Assembly (NCBI GenBank): GCA_037441385.1
Contig: JBBISH010000150.1
Location: forward strand, 1-13,697
Reading direction: 5' to 3'
From: Myxococcales bacterium
GTDB taxonomy: Bacteria > Myxococcota_A > UBA9042
Length of the DNA: 13,697 nucleotides
Position 1 is the first letter of the stretch; each line of letters opens with the position of its first letter. The position numbers and the translations under genes are program-made. Under the pieces are notes generated by a model. It did no database searches. It was not told the origin of the DNA and saw nothing but the letters and a program-made list of their open reading frames with translations. Shown one piece after another: positions 1-7,775 of this stretch.

Positions 1-2561
1 GAGGCGGCGGATGTGCTCAGGCACTTGCTGTCCTTGTCCAGGCCAAAGCCGTCGGCGTCGCCGTCGAAATACAGCGTGGTGCAGCCGCCGCAGTTCTCTT
101 CGTCGGTCTTACCGTTGCAGTCGTTGTCCTTGCCGTCGCCGCACTTTTCGGCCTGATTCGGCGCGCTTTGCGGGTCGGCGTCGTTGCAGTCGCCGTTCAT
201 CTTGGCCGAGTACTCGCTGGTCGCCGAGCACTGGCACTGCCCCGTGCCCACGCCCACGCCGTCGCCGTCGCCGTCGGGGTAGAACTGCACGCAATTCTTG
301 GCGTCCACGTCATTTTCGCTGCCGTTGCAGTTGTCGTCCTTGCCGTTGCCGCAGACCTCTTTGGCGTCGGGGTTCACGCTCGGATCTTTGTCCGCGCAGT
401 CGCCGGGTTGTGGCGCCGAGTAGGGGCTTTGTGCACTGCACAAACATTTGACCAGGGTGACGCCAAAGCCGTCGTCGTCGGCGTCGAAGTACATTTGCTT
501 GCAGCCAGTTGCCCCCTCTTCGTCGGTAGCGCCGTCGCAGTCGTCGTCGGCGCCGTTGCAGGCCTCGGTGGCCAGCTTGCTGATGGTCTTGTCGGCCGGC
601 GCGCAGTCGCTGGTGTTGGGGTCGCCGTCGCCGTCGATGTCGCTGTCGCACACGTCGCCGATGCTGTCGCTGTCCAGATCCGCTTGATCTGGGTTGACTT
701 GCAGCACGCAGTTGTCGGGCGCGTCGATCTTGGGGCAGCCGGGCGCCAGGTTGGCCACCGTGTCGCCGTCGGCGTCGCAGTCGCAGGCATCGCCGGCCTT
801 GTCCTCGTCCACGTCGCTCTGGCTGGGGTTGGCGATCCACGGGCAGTTGTCGTTGGCGTTGACCACGCCGTCGCTGTCCCAGTCGTTCTCGCAGGCGTCG
901 CCGATCTGGTTGGCGTTGTCGTCTTTTTGGTCGGGGTTGGCCAGGCCGGGGCAGTTGTCGGCGGAATTGAGCACGCCGTCGCCGTCCTTGTCCGAGTCGC
1001 ACACGTCGCCCAGCCCGTCCTTGTCCAGATCGGCCTGGTCCAGGTTGGCGTCGAACGGGCAATTATCCTGCAGATCCAACACAGTATCGTTGTCGTCGTC
1101 GGGGTCGCACACATCGCCGATGCCGTCTTTGTCCGCGTCGCTCTGGGTCGGGTTCTGCGCCAGCGGGCAGTTGTCCTTGTCGTTGGGCACGCCGTCTCCG
1201 TCCATGTCGTTGTCGCAGGCGTCGCCCACGCCGTTGCCGTCGGTGTCGGTCTGCTCGGCGTTCTTGAGCAGCGGGCAGTTGTCCAGGGTCGCGGGCACCG
1301 GGCAGTCGACGCCGGTCGCGTCCACGCCCAGGTTGGCGGCGCCGTCGCCGTCCAGGTCGCAGTCGCAGGCGTCGCCGATGCCGTCCTTGTCGGTATCGGT
1401 CTGGCTGGCGTTTTGGGCCAGCGGGCAATTGTCTTCGCTGTCGGCGATCTTGTCGCCGTCGTCGTCGGGGTCGCAGGCGTCGCCCAGGCCGTCCTTGTCG
1501 GTGTCTTTCTGGTCGGGGTTGCTGACCAAGGGGCAGTTGTCGGCAGCGTCCAGCACGCCGTCCTGATCGTCGTCGGTGTCCATGCAGTCGGCCTGCAAGT
1601 CGCCGTCGGTGTTGGCAAAGCCTTCGTCGGTCTGGCCCGAGCAGTTGTCGTCGATGCCGTTGCAGACCTCGGCCGCGGCCGACTGGCCCTGGCACAGCTG
1701 CTTGCCGCCCACGCACTCGGTCTTGCCCTTGCAGGTGCCATAGACGTTGGTCAAGTCACATTCGGCACTTGCGACCTCTTCGTCGGTCTGGCCGTTGCAG
1801 TTGTCGTCTTTGAGGTTGCAGGTCTCGGCGGCGGCGGCTTGGCCACTGCACGCGCCTTCCTTGCCGCTGCTGCAGGTGTAAGTGCCTGGGCACGAGCCGA
1901 ATTCGTTGGTGACGGCGCAGGCGCCGCTCTGGCCGTCCAGGCAGGTGCACTGGTTGGCCGGGGGCACGCAGACTTCCTGGCCGCCGCTGAGCTTCTGGCA
2001 AGTAAACCCTTGGCCGATGCAGGACTTGCCGCCGTCGCAGGCCTGGACGCAGTGCTTGCCGGCGCCGATGGTGGCGCAGACGCCTTTGCCGGCTTTGCCC
2101 TGGTCGCAGTCGCTGTCGGTGCTGCAACCCAGGCAACGGTAGGGGGTTTTGTGGATGCAGACGCTGATGACGTCGCCGCCGGTGGCGGTCTGAACGCACT
2201 CGTAGTCGGCGGGGCAGCCAGTGATGCAGGGCTGGGCGCACTCTTTGCCGGTGGGGCTGGCGGTGCAGACTAGGGTGGCGCAGTCCTCGTTTTTCTGACA
2301 AGGAATCGACACATAGGCCACGTCAGCGCCGGCGATGTCGGCGGTGACGATGTCGGGCAAGTCCACGTCTTCGCTGATGTCTTCGACGAACAAGTCCAGC
2401 GTGCCCAGGTCGGTGCCGGTGTCGGCGACGCTGGTGTCCTTGCCGGTGCCAGGCGTGCCCACAGCGGCGGTGTCGTCGCTGCAGGCGGCCAGCGTGGCCA
2501 GGCTCAGGATCGCTAGGAGGCCGGCAAGTAGGCTACTGGATTTGCAGAGTTTTCTGGACAT
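1..2561 (-). CDS. Large Cys/Asp-rich surface lipoprotein with thrombospondin type-3 repeats and MopE-like putative metal-binding repeats (3' end outside the window, at least 853 aa)
   Basis: Translated by hand: ATG at 2561 preceded by AGGAG, frame open to the window edge. N-terminus MSRKLCKSSSLLAGLLAILSLATLAAC has a lipobox (Cys27). An Asp/Thr-rich linker and Cys-rich region follow. Eight DNC(P/V)xxxNxxQxDxDxDxxGD(A/V)C(D/E) units (~650-1545) and five ExC(N/G)xxDDxCxGxxDE-like units (two before, three after the TSP3 block). Strong GC3 codon bias. Confidence 0.93.
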   Translation of the reverse strand, partial: MSRKLCKSSSLLAGLLAILSLATLAACSDDTAAVGTPGTGKDTSVADTGTDLGTLDLFVEDISEDVDLPDIVTADIAGADVAYVSIPCQKNEDCATLVCTASPTGKECAQPCITGCPADYECVQTATGGDVISVCIHKTPYRCLGCSTDSDCDQGKAGKGVCATIGAGKHCVQACDGGKSCIGQGFTCQKLSGGQEVCVPPANQCTCLDGQSGACAVTNEFGSCPGTYTCSSGKEGACSGQAAAAETCNLKDDNCNGQTDEEVASAECDLTNVYGTCKGKTECVGGKQLCQGQSAAAEVCNGIDDNCSGQTDEGFANTDGDLQADCMDTDDDQDGVLDAADNCPLVSNPDQKDTDKDGLGDACDPDDDGDKIADSEDNCPLAQNASQTDTDKDGIGDACDCDLDGDGAANLGVDATGVDCPVPATLDNCPLLKNAEQTDTDGNGVGDACDNDMDGDGVPNDKDNCPLAQNPTQSDADKDGIGDVCDPDDDNDTVLDLQDNCPFDANLDQADLDKDGLGDVCDSDKDGDGVLNSADNCPGLANPDQKDDNANQIGDACENDWDSDGVVNANDNCPWIANPSQSDVDEDKAGDACDCDADGDTVANLAPGCPKIDAPDNCVLQVNPDQADLDSDSIGDVCDSDIDGDGDPNTSDCAPADKTISKLATEACNGADDDCDGATDEEGATGCKQMYFDADDDGFGVTLVKCLCSAQSPYSAPQPGDCADKDPSVNPDAKEVCGNGKDDNCNGSENDVDAKNCVQFYPDGDGDGVGVGTGQCQCSATSEYSAKMNGDCNDADPQSAPNQAEKCGDGKDNDCNGKTDEENCGGCTTLYFDGDADGFGLDKDSKCLSTSAA
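650..1545 (-). repeat. Coding tandem array of 8 thrombospondin type-3-like calcium-binding repeats
   Basis: Units such as DNCPLVSNPDQKDTDKDGLGDACD, DNCPLAQNASQTDTDKDGIGDACD and DNCPWIANPSQSDVDEDKAGDACD; seen on the plus strand as recurring gggcagttgtc and tcgcaggcgtcgcc. Boundaries approximate. Confidence 0.9.
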
Positions 2562-2679
2562 GGGGCTCCTCGGGTGGCCGCGAACGGTCGCTCGGAGTGG
2601 GGGCGAGACGGCGCAGAACGCCGAGAGCGATGGCTACCGCCACGTGAGCGTAGCAGAATCCAGGCCGGCTCTAGGAGGC

Positions 2680-2695
2680 CGCCAAAGGCGCGCCA
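2680..2695 (-). promoter_or_regulatory. Possible sigma-54 (-24/-12) promoter for the TSP3 lipoprotein gene
   Basis: Minus strand TGGCGCG-CCTT-TGGCG has correct GG/GC spacing but TGGC instead of TTGC at -12. It lies about 120 nt upstream of the ATG. Chance matches are likely in GC-rich DNA. Confidence 0.2.
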
Positions 2696-2768
2696 GTCAC
2701 GGTTTGGTCGCGGCGGGGCTTGGTTGCGCGTCGTGCAGGGGGCGGTGCGGCCGCCGTGGCGATTCAGC

Positions 2769-2797
2769 TTGCCGGGCGCGAGAATGGTGAATAACCT
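2769..2797 (+). promoter_or_regulatory. Possible sigma-70-type promoter for the gene at 2852
   Basis: TTGCCG-N17-TAACCT, 54 nt upstream of the ATG, which has an AGGAG ribosome-binding site. Confidence 0.3.
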
Positions 2798-2851
2798 GTT
2801 GAGCCGACGCGTTGGGCGAACAGGCGGCTGGCGTCGCTGCAGGAGCAAATC

Positions 2852-3598
2852 ATGGACCGCCGATGGGTTGCCGGGGTTGTCGCGGTGGCAAGTCTGATTG
2901 CTTTCCAGGCCTTTGCCGATGACTGGAACGGCGAGGCCGAGCAGCAGGGCATGGTCGCCCTGGCTCCCGGCGTCTACGCGGTGCCCGGCGACGGCGCGCC
3001 GATGTGGTACGCCGCGCCCTACTACTACTCGTGCGGCCGCGGCGTGTGGTCGGCCTCGGGCGGCGGCGATCAGCCATGGACGACCATCTCGGTGGCCAGC
3101 TTGCCGCAGGACCTGGCCTACGCCATCGACGCCCAGGGCTACGCTCAGTACGGCTTGTGCCCCGGCGACGCGCTGCCGCCGCGGGTGTCGGGCTACCTGG
3201 GCGGGCCTACCGTGGTGGTGGTGGCCGGCCTCCCGCGCATCGTCCGCTATGGCCACCTGTGGAGCGGCTGGCTGCCGCGTTCTGCCTACGGCCGGCGCGC
3301 GTTCCTGCCGCCGCCCTGCGCGCGCCCCACCTGGGCCGTGGTGGGGCCGCACAACCACTCCTACTACACCGCTCCGTACTACGCGCCGTCGGCGGTGCAA
3401 ACCGTTCCGGTGTACCGCAGCGGCCCCAGCTACGCGCCGCCGATGCACTCGTTCCGTGGCGGCGTCCCGGCCTATGTGCCGCCCAGGGCGATGGCGCCGG
3501 CTGCAGGCAGCTGGGGCAACCAACCTGGCGGCGGCTGGGGCCACGGCGGCCGTGGCGGCTCGTGGGGTGGCCGCGGTCACGCTGGGGGCCGTCGGTAG
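2852..3598 (+). CDS. Secreted hypothetical protein with an aromatic-rich N-terminal domain and a Pro/Tyr/Gly/Trp low-complexity tail (248 aa)
   Basis: AGGAG upstream of ATG; Sec-type signal MDRRWVAGVVAVASLIAFQAFA|DD with an AFA cleavage motif; GC3-biased codons; tail GSWGNQPGGGWGHGGRGGSWGGRGHAGGRR. Confidence 0.8.
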   Translation: MDRRWVAGVVAVASLIAFQAFADDWNGEAEQQGMVALAPGVYAVPGDGAPMWYAAPYYYSCGRGVWSASGGGDQPWTTISVASLPQDLAYAIDAQGYAQYGLCPGDALPPRVSGYLGGPTVVVVAGLPRIVRYGHLWSGWLPRSAYGRRAFLPPPCARPTWAVVGPHNHSYYTAPYYAPSAVQTVPVYRSGPSYAPPMHSFRGGVPAYVPPRAMAPAAGSWGNQPGGGWGHGGRGGSWGGRGHAGGRR

Positions 3599-3666
3599 AC
3601 ACCTGCCTTACGGCATGGCTACTACAGCTAGAACAAGACGAAGAAACTCTTTCCATGTCGTACACT

Positions 3667-3796
3667 TGGCCCTCACCCCGCCGCTGGCGCGTCTGCCCCT
3701 CTCCCAAGGCATTGGGCGAGCGGCAAGGAAATTTTCCTTTACCCCTCGCCCACTTCAGTGGGAGAGGGGTCGGCCACAGGCCGGGGGTGAGGGCCA
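3667..3796. repeat. 130-bp imperfect palindrome made of two inverted REP-like units (REPIN-like)
   Basis: Symmetric pairs about ~3732: TGGCCCTCACCCC 3667-3679 / GGGGTGAGGGCCA 3784-3796; CCCCTCTCCCA 3696-3706 / TGGGAGAGGGG 3759-3769; TGGGCGAG 3713-3720 / CTCGCCCA 3745-3752; AAGGAAA 3725-3731 / TTTCCTT 3733-3739. Confidence 0.85.
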
Positions 3797-3846
3797 GAAG
3801 CTCGGCGCAAGAGTAAGCAAACGGTATGGCAGGGGTAGACATGGGT

Positions 3847-3999
3847 GTCAGGTATTGACATGTGACACCTTTTGACGGTTGGCTACATGGTTTTCACCAG
3901 TTGCAAAGTTCCTGGTAACAGGTCTCCTGTTGGTGTGGCGTCAACCTCCCGTTTTCATTGAGTCGAGTCTGAAAAAGATGTCAAGTGTCAATACCTGAC
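3847..3999. mobile_element. 153-bp non-coding element bounded by 27-bp inverted repeats (MITE or REP-doublet-like)
   Basis: GTCAGGTATTGACATGTGACACCTTTT (3847-3873) and AAAAGATGTCAAGTGTCAATACCTGAC (3973-3999) match at 24/27 positions as reverse complements. The interior is visibly more AT-rich than the flanking genes. No transposase in the window and no clear target-site duplication. Confidence 0.6.
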
Positions 4000-4070
4000 C
4001 CTCTTTTGCCTAGATCCTTGGCGCGGCCGGCGCGTCCAACCTCCTGGCCTCCCGCCCCATCGAGGTTCCC

Positions 4071-7000
4071 ATGCGCTTCTCCTCCGTCGCCTGCGCCGCC
4101 CTCCTTGCCTTAGCCTGCCAACGCAATCCGGACGCCGCCGGGCACGCGGCTCTGTCTCCGCAGGCCGAGGCGGTGCCGCAAGTACCTACGCCGCTTGATC
4201 TTCCGCCGCTACCGGCCCAGCCCGTGCCCGAGGCCCGCGCCGTGGCGCCGCTGGGGCTGACCACCAGCGACGGCGCCGGCCTGGAGCTGCAGAGCTTGGA
4301 AGTGCGCACGGTGCTGGACGGGCCGCTGGCGCTGACCGAGCTGAAAGCCGTGTTCCACAACCCCGAAGACCGCGTGCGCGAAGGGCGTTTTGAGCTCACG
4401 CTGCCCGACGGCGCCGCCCTGTCGCGCTTTGCCATGTTGCAGGGCGAGCACTGGCAAGAGGGCGAAGTGGTGGAAAAGGCGCGCGCCCAGCGCATCTACG
4501 AAGACTTCTTGCACCGCCGCCAGGACCCGGCGCTGCTGCAGCAAGACGCGGGCAACCGCTTCTCGGCGCGGATCTTTCCCATCCCGGCCAAGGGCGACAA
4601 GACCCTGCTGATGGCCTGGAGCGACGAGCGCAGCGACCCCCGCCTGGCCTGGCGTCTGCCCCTGCGCGGTCTGCCCAAGCTCGCGCATTTTGGTGCCAAG
4701 GTGTTTGTCCACGAGCCGCAGGCGGCGCAGGTGGGCAATTCGCTTGGCGCGACCTTGGGTTCGATTCGCGTGGTCCAGGTCGACAAGGCCAACTGGCAGC
4801 CCGACGCCGATCTGGAAGTGTCCAGCGAGATCGAGGGCAAGTCGGTCGCGGCACTGCGGTCCCAGAAGATGGTGGCGGCGCGAGTGGTCGTTCCGCAACA
4901 GCAACGGACCCAGCCCAAACAACCGGATGCGGCGGTGGTGGTGGTCGACACGTCGGCGTCGCTGGCGCTGGCGTGGCCGCAGCACCTGCAGCGCACCGGC
5001 GAGGTGCTGGCCCTGCTGGCCCGGATGGGCGTGCCGCAAGTGGCCGTGCTGGCTTGCGATCAGGGCTGTGTCACGTTGTATCACGGCGCTGCGACTGGGT
5101 TTGGCGAGGCCGAACTGGCCAGGCTCCGCGATCGTGGGCCGCTGGGTGCATCGGATCTGAACGCGGCGCTGGCGGCGACCAAGGCGGCGGCGAAGACGCT
5201 GGGCGAAACCGGCAAGCGTCCCGAGATCCGGGCCATCTACGTGGGCGACGGCCTGCCGACCGCGGGCGAGAGCGAGCCGGCGGCCCTGGGTCGGCAAGTG
5301 CTCGAATTGGCTGGGGCTGGCGTGACCCGCCTGGACGCCGTGGCCACCGCTCCGGCGCGCGACCTGGACCTGCTGCGGGCCCTGACCACGGCCGGCTTGC
5401 CCAGCGACGGCGCGGTGGTCGATGCGCAGCGCAACGGCGCGGACCTGAACGCGGTGGCCGGGCCGCTGCTGGCGGCGATCAAAGTCACGGTGCCGGGCTC
5501 GACCTGGACCTGGCCGGCCGAGCTGCGGGCGATGAAGCCGGGGCAGACTGCCTTGATCTATGCCGAGTTGAGCGAGGATCTGCCGCTGCGGGTCGAACTG
5601 GCCGGCGCAGTTTCGTCGACCGTGGAGCTGGTGGCCAAGCCGGCGCAGGCGCCCCTGCTCGAGCGGGCTTGGGTGGGCGCGCGCATCCGCGGCTTGCTGA
5701 ACCGCGCCGCCGACGCCGATCCCGACACCGCCGCCGCGTTTCGCCAGCAGGCGACCGCGCTTTCGCTCAAGCACCGCGTCCTGTGCCCCACCACGGCGCT
5801 GCTGATCCTGGAGACGGAGTACGACTACCAGCGCTACGGCATCGACCGGGCGGCGCTGAGCGACATCCTGACCGTGGGCGCGGACGGCGCGGCCGTGCTG
5901 CAGGCGCGCAAGAATACTGAAATTCCGGACGACATCGGCCGGTGGCCGCGGCCCGAGCCGGCGTTGCAGATGCGTGCCGGGCCGGGTTCGCTTGGCGCGG
6001 CTTCGGGCGGCAAGGACGACGAGGACAAGGCCAAGGAGGTCGCGGACGATCAAGCTATCCCGCCGCCTGTCGGTGCACGGCACTCTCAAGAGGCGCACTT
6101 GTTTGGCGTAGCGGCCAAACGCAGCATTGCCCAGGCCTTTGACGGCGAAGGCGACGGGGCGTTTGAGGGTCACGGATTGGGCATGCGCGGCACCGGTGCA
6201 GGCGGCGGCGGCGCGGCCTTGAGTCGCCCCATTGCTGCGGATGCGGCCCGTGCCCAGGTCGACGCCAGCGGGGAGGCCGAAGCGAGGGCGGTGCGAGCTC
6301 GGGACCTGGCCATAAAGAAGGCGGAATCCATGAGCGCCAAGTATGGCGTGGTGGGCCGTAGCGAGCCGGCGCCGGCCAAGCCGAACGATGCCCGCGTCGC
6401 CCAAGGGCACGGCGAGATCGGCGGCGTCTGCGAGCAGAACGACGTGGCGAAGCACCTCCGCCTGCGGCAAGAAGCCCTGCGCAGCTGCTACCAGGAACAG
6501 CTCAAGCGCGATCCCAGTTTGCGCGGCAAGGTGCGCCTGCGCTGGACCATCGACCGCAGCGGCGCCGCCCGCGACGTCGAGATCGACCAGAACACCACCG
6601 GCAGCGTCGAACTGGGGCAGTGCTTGGTCCACAAGATCAAGGCGATCCACTTCGATCCGCCCAAGTCGGGGAGCTGCACGGTATCGTGGCCGCTGCTGTT
6701 TGCGCCCAGCCCAGGGGGGCCCGCCGAGATCGCCGCCCCGCAGGCGCCGCCGCCCGTGACCGACGACGACAAGCGCGCCTGGCGCGAAATTCAGCAGCAG
6801 AGCAAAGAGAACCCGGCCCTGACGGGCGAGATGGCCGAGATCGCGGGCCTGATCCACAAGAACCAAGCCAAGCAGGCCGTGCAGGTGGCGTTGGCGTGGC
6901 GCAATCGCGCACCGGCCGAAGTGCTGCCACTGGTGGCGTTGGGCAATGCGCTCAAGGCTGCGGGGGATTATGTAGGTGCTGCACGCGCTTACGGGTCGCT

Positions 7001-7727
7001 GGTCGACCTGTACCCGGACCGGGCCGACCTGCGCCGCTTTGCCGGCAACCTGCTCGCCCAACTGCCGCAACCCGGCCTGGCGCTGGACACTTTGAGCCGC
7101 GCCGCCAAGCAGCGCCCGGATCACCCCAGCGGCGCGGTGCTGCTCGCGGTGGAGCTGGCGCGTTCCGGCAAGCCGATCGAGGCCCTGACGGCACTCGCGG
7201 CGACCGACCAAGCCCGCTGGCGGCAAGGCAATTTCCAGGGCGTCGACCGCGTCATTCAGGACGTGGCGGGGATCATCGCCGCCGACGGGCTGGCCACCCA
7301 CCCCGAACTGCGTCCAGCCATCGAGGCCAAGCTGAGCGCGCTGCACGCCGAGCTGCCCACTACGCCGCAGCTGCGCCTGCTGCTGACCTGGGAGACCGAC
7401 GCGACGGACGTGGACTTGCGCGTCTTTGACGCAGCTGGGCGGCAGGCCTGGTACGGTGGCCCGCACATGACGTCGGGTGGCGACCTTTATGCAGACATTC
7501 GCACGGGTTACGGCCCGGAGTGCTTCGCCGCCAACCCGGCCACTGCCTACCCCTACCGCGTGGTCGCCAACTACTACACCCGCGGGCCGATGGGCTGGGG
7601 CGCCGGCGCCCTGCAGGTGCTGCGCTGGGACGGCCAGAAAATGCATGTGGAGACGCGGCCCTACGTCCTGATGGCCGACCACGCCTGGTTCGACCTGGGC
7701 ACCGTCGACAAGCTGCCGATGAAATAA
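4071..7727 (+). CDS. Multidomain lipoprotein: VIT - vWA-like - AgmX/PglI C-terminal (TonB_C-like) - TPR-like - YfaP/DUF2135-like (1218 aa)
   Basis: Lipobox LLALAC (Cys16), GAGG ribosome-binding site. VIT motifs FHNPEDRVREGRFELTLPDGA, EGEVVEKARAQRIYE, DPALL, ARIFPIPA (~4255-4625). MIDAS-like VVVDTSAS (Asp at 4947) and YVGDG. AgmX/PglI-type LRSCYQEQLKRDPSLRGKVRLRWTID...QCL...IHFDPP (~6420-6705). TPR-like helices. C-terminal LLTWETDATDVDLRV...DIRTGYGPECF (~7371-7724). Confidence 0.9.
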   Translation: MRFSSVACAALLALACQRNPDAAGHAALSPQAEAVPQVPTPLDLPPLPAQPVPEARAVAPLGLTTSDGAGLELQSLEVRTVLDGPLALTELKAVFHNPEDRVREGRFELTLPDGAALSRFAMLQGEHWQEGEVVEKARAQRIYEDFLHRRQDPALLQQDAGNRFSARIFPIPAKGDKTLLMAWSDERSDPRLAWRLPLRGLPKLAHFGAKVFVHEPQAAQVGNSLGATLGSIRVVQVDKANWQPDADLEVSSEIEGKSVAALRSQKMVAARVVVPQQQRTQPKQPDAAVVVVDTSASLALAWPQHLQRTGEVLALLARMGVPQVAVLACDQGCVTLYHGAATGFGEAELARLRDRGPLGASDLNAALAATKAAAKTLGETGKRPEIRAIYVGDGLPTAGESEPAALGRQVLELAGAGVTRLDAVATAPARDLDLLRALTTAGLPSDGAVVDAQRNGADLNAVAGPLLAAIKVTVPGSTWTWPAELRAMKPGQTALIYAELSEDLPLRVELAGAVSSTVELVAKPAQAPLLERAWVGARIRGLLNRAADADPDTAAAFRQQATALSLKHRVLCPTTALLILETEYDYQRYGIDRAALSDILTVGADGAAVLQARKNTEIPDDIGRWPRPEPALQMRAGPGSLGAASGGKDDEDKAKEVADDQAIPPPVGARHSQEAHLFGVAAKRSIAQAFDGEGDGAFEGHGLGMRGTGAGGGGAALSRPIAADAARAQVDASGEAEARAVRARDLAIKKAESMSAKYGVVGRSEPAPAKPNDARVAQGHGEIGGVCEQNDVAKHLRLRQEALRSCYQEQLKRDPSLRGKVRLRWTIDRSGAARDVEIDQNTTGSVELGQCLVHKIKAIHFDPPKSGSCTVSWPLLFAPSPGGPAEIAAPQAPPPVTDDDKRAWREIQQQSKENPALTGEMAEIAGLIHKNQAKQAVQVALAWRNRAPAEVLPLVALGNALKAAGDYVGAARAYGSLVDLYPDRADLRRFAGNLLAQLPQPGLALDTLSRAAKQRPDHPSGAVLLAVELARSGKPIEALTALAATDQARWRQGNFQGVDRVIQDVAGIIAADGLATHPELRPAIEAKLSALHAELPTTPQLRLLLTWETDATDVDLRVFDAAGRQAWYGGPHMTSGGDLYADIRTGYGPECFAANPATAYPYRVVANYYTRGPMGWGAGALQVLRWDGQKMHVETRPYVLMADHAWFDLGTVDKLPMK

Positions 7728-7771
7728 ACCCGGCGCCGTGGTACCTTTGCGCAGACCTGTTTCGCAAGGAG
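7719..7771 (+). promoter_or_regulatory. Possible extended -10 promoter plus ribosome-binding site for tldD
   Basis: ATGAAA (7719-7724)-N17-TACCTT (7742-7747) with TG at 7739-7740 (TGnTAnnnT); AAGGAG at 7766-7771 before ATG 7776. The RBS is strong, the promoter is tentative. Confidence 0.3.
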
Positions 7772-7775
7772 TACC

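Noticed and set aside
168..2273. 701-aa plus-strand Val/Ala/Gly-rich ORF and other overlapping ORFs
   Set aside because: Antisense or off-frame shadows of the minus-strand TSP3 lipoprotein, which has an RBS, a lipobox and recognisable repeats.
2757..2772. TGGC...TTGC sigma-54-like motif on the plus strand
   Set aside because: The spacing is one base too long for the strict -24/-12 geometry.
3595..3840. Outer inverted repeat (3595-3614 versus 3821-3840) around the REPIN-like element
   Set aside because: Only 14/20 matches and off-centre from the main palindrome; not distinguishable from chance.
3855..3890. Perfect TTGACA as a sigma-70 promoter for the VIT gene
   Set aside because: No credible -10 hexamer at 16-18 bp spacing; the hexamer is part of the inverted repeat.
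4209..7682. 1157-aa minus-strand ORF
   Set aside because: Codon-aligned antisense shadow of the VIT lipoprotein, typical of high-GC genes; no recognisable motifs.
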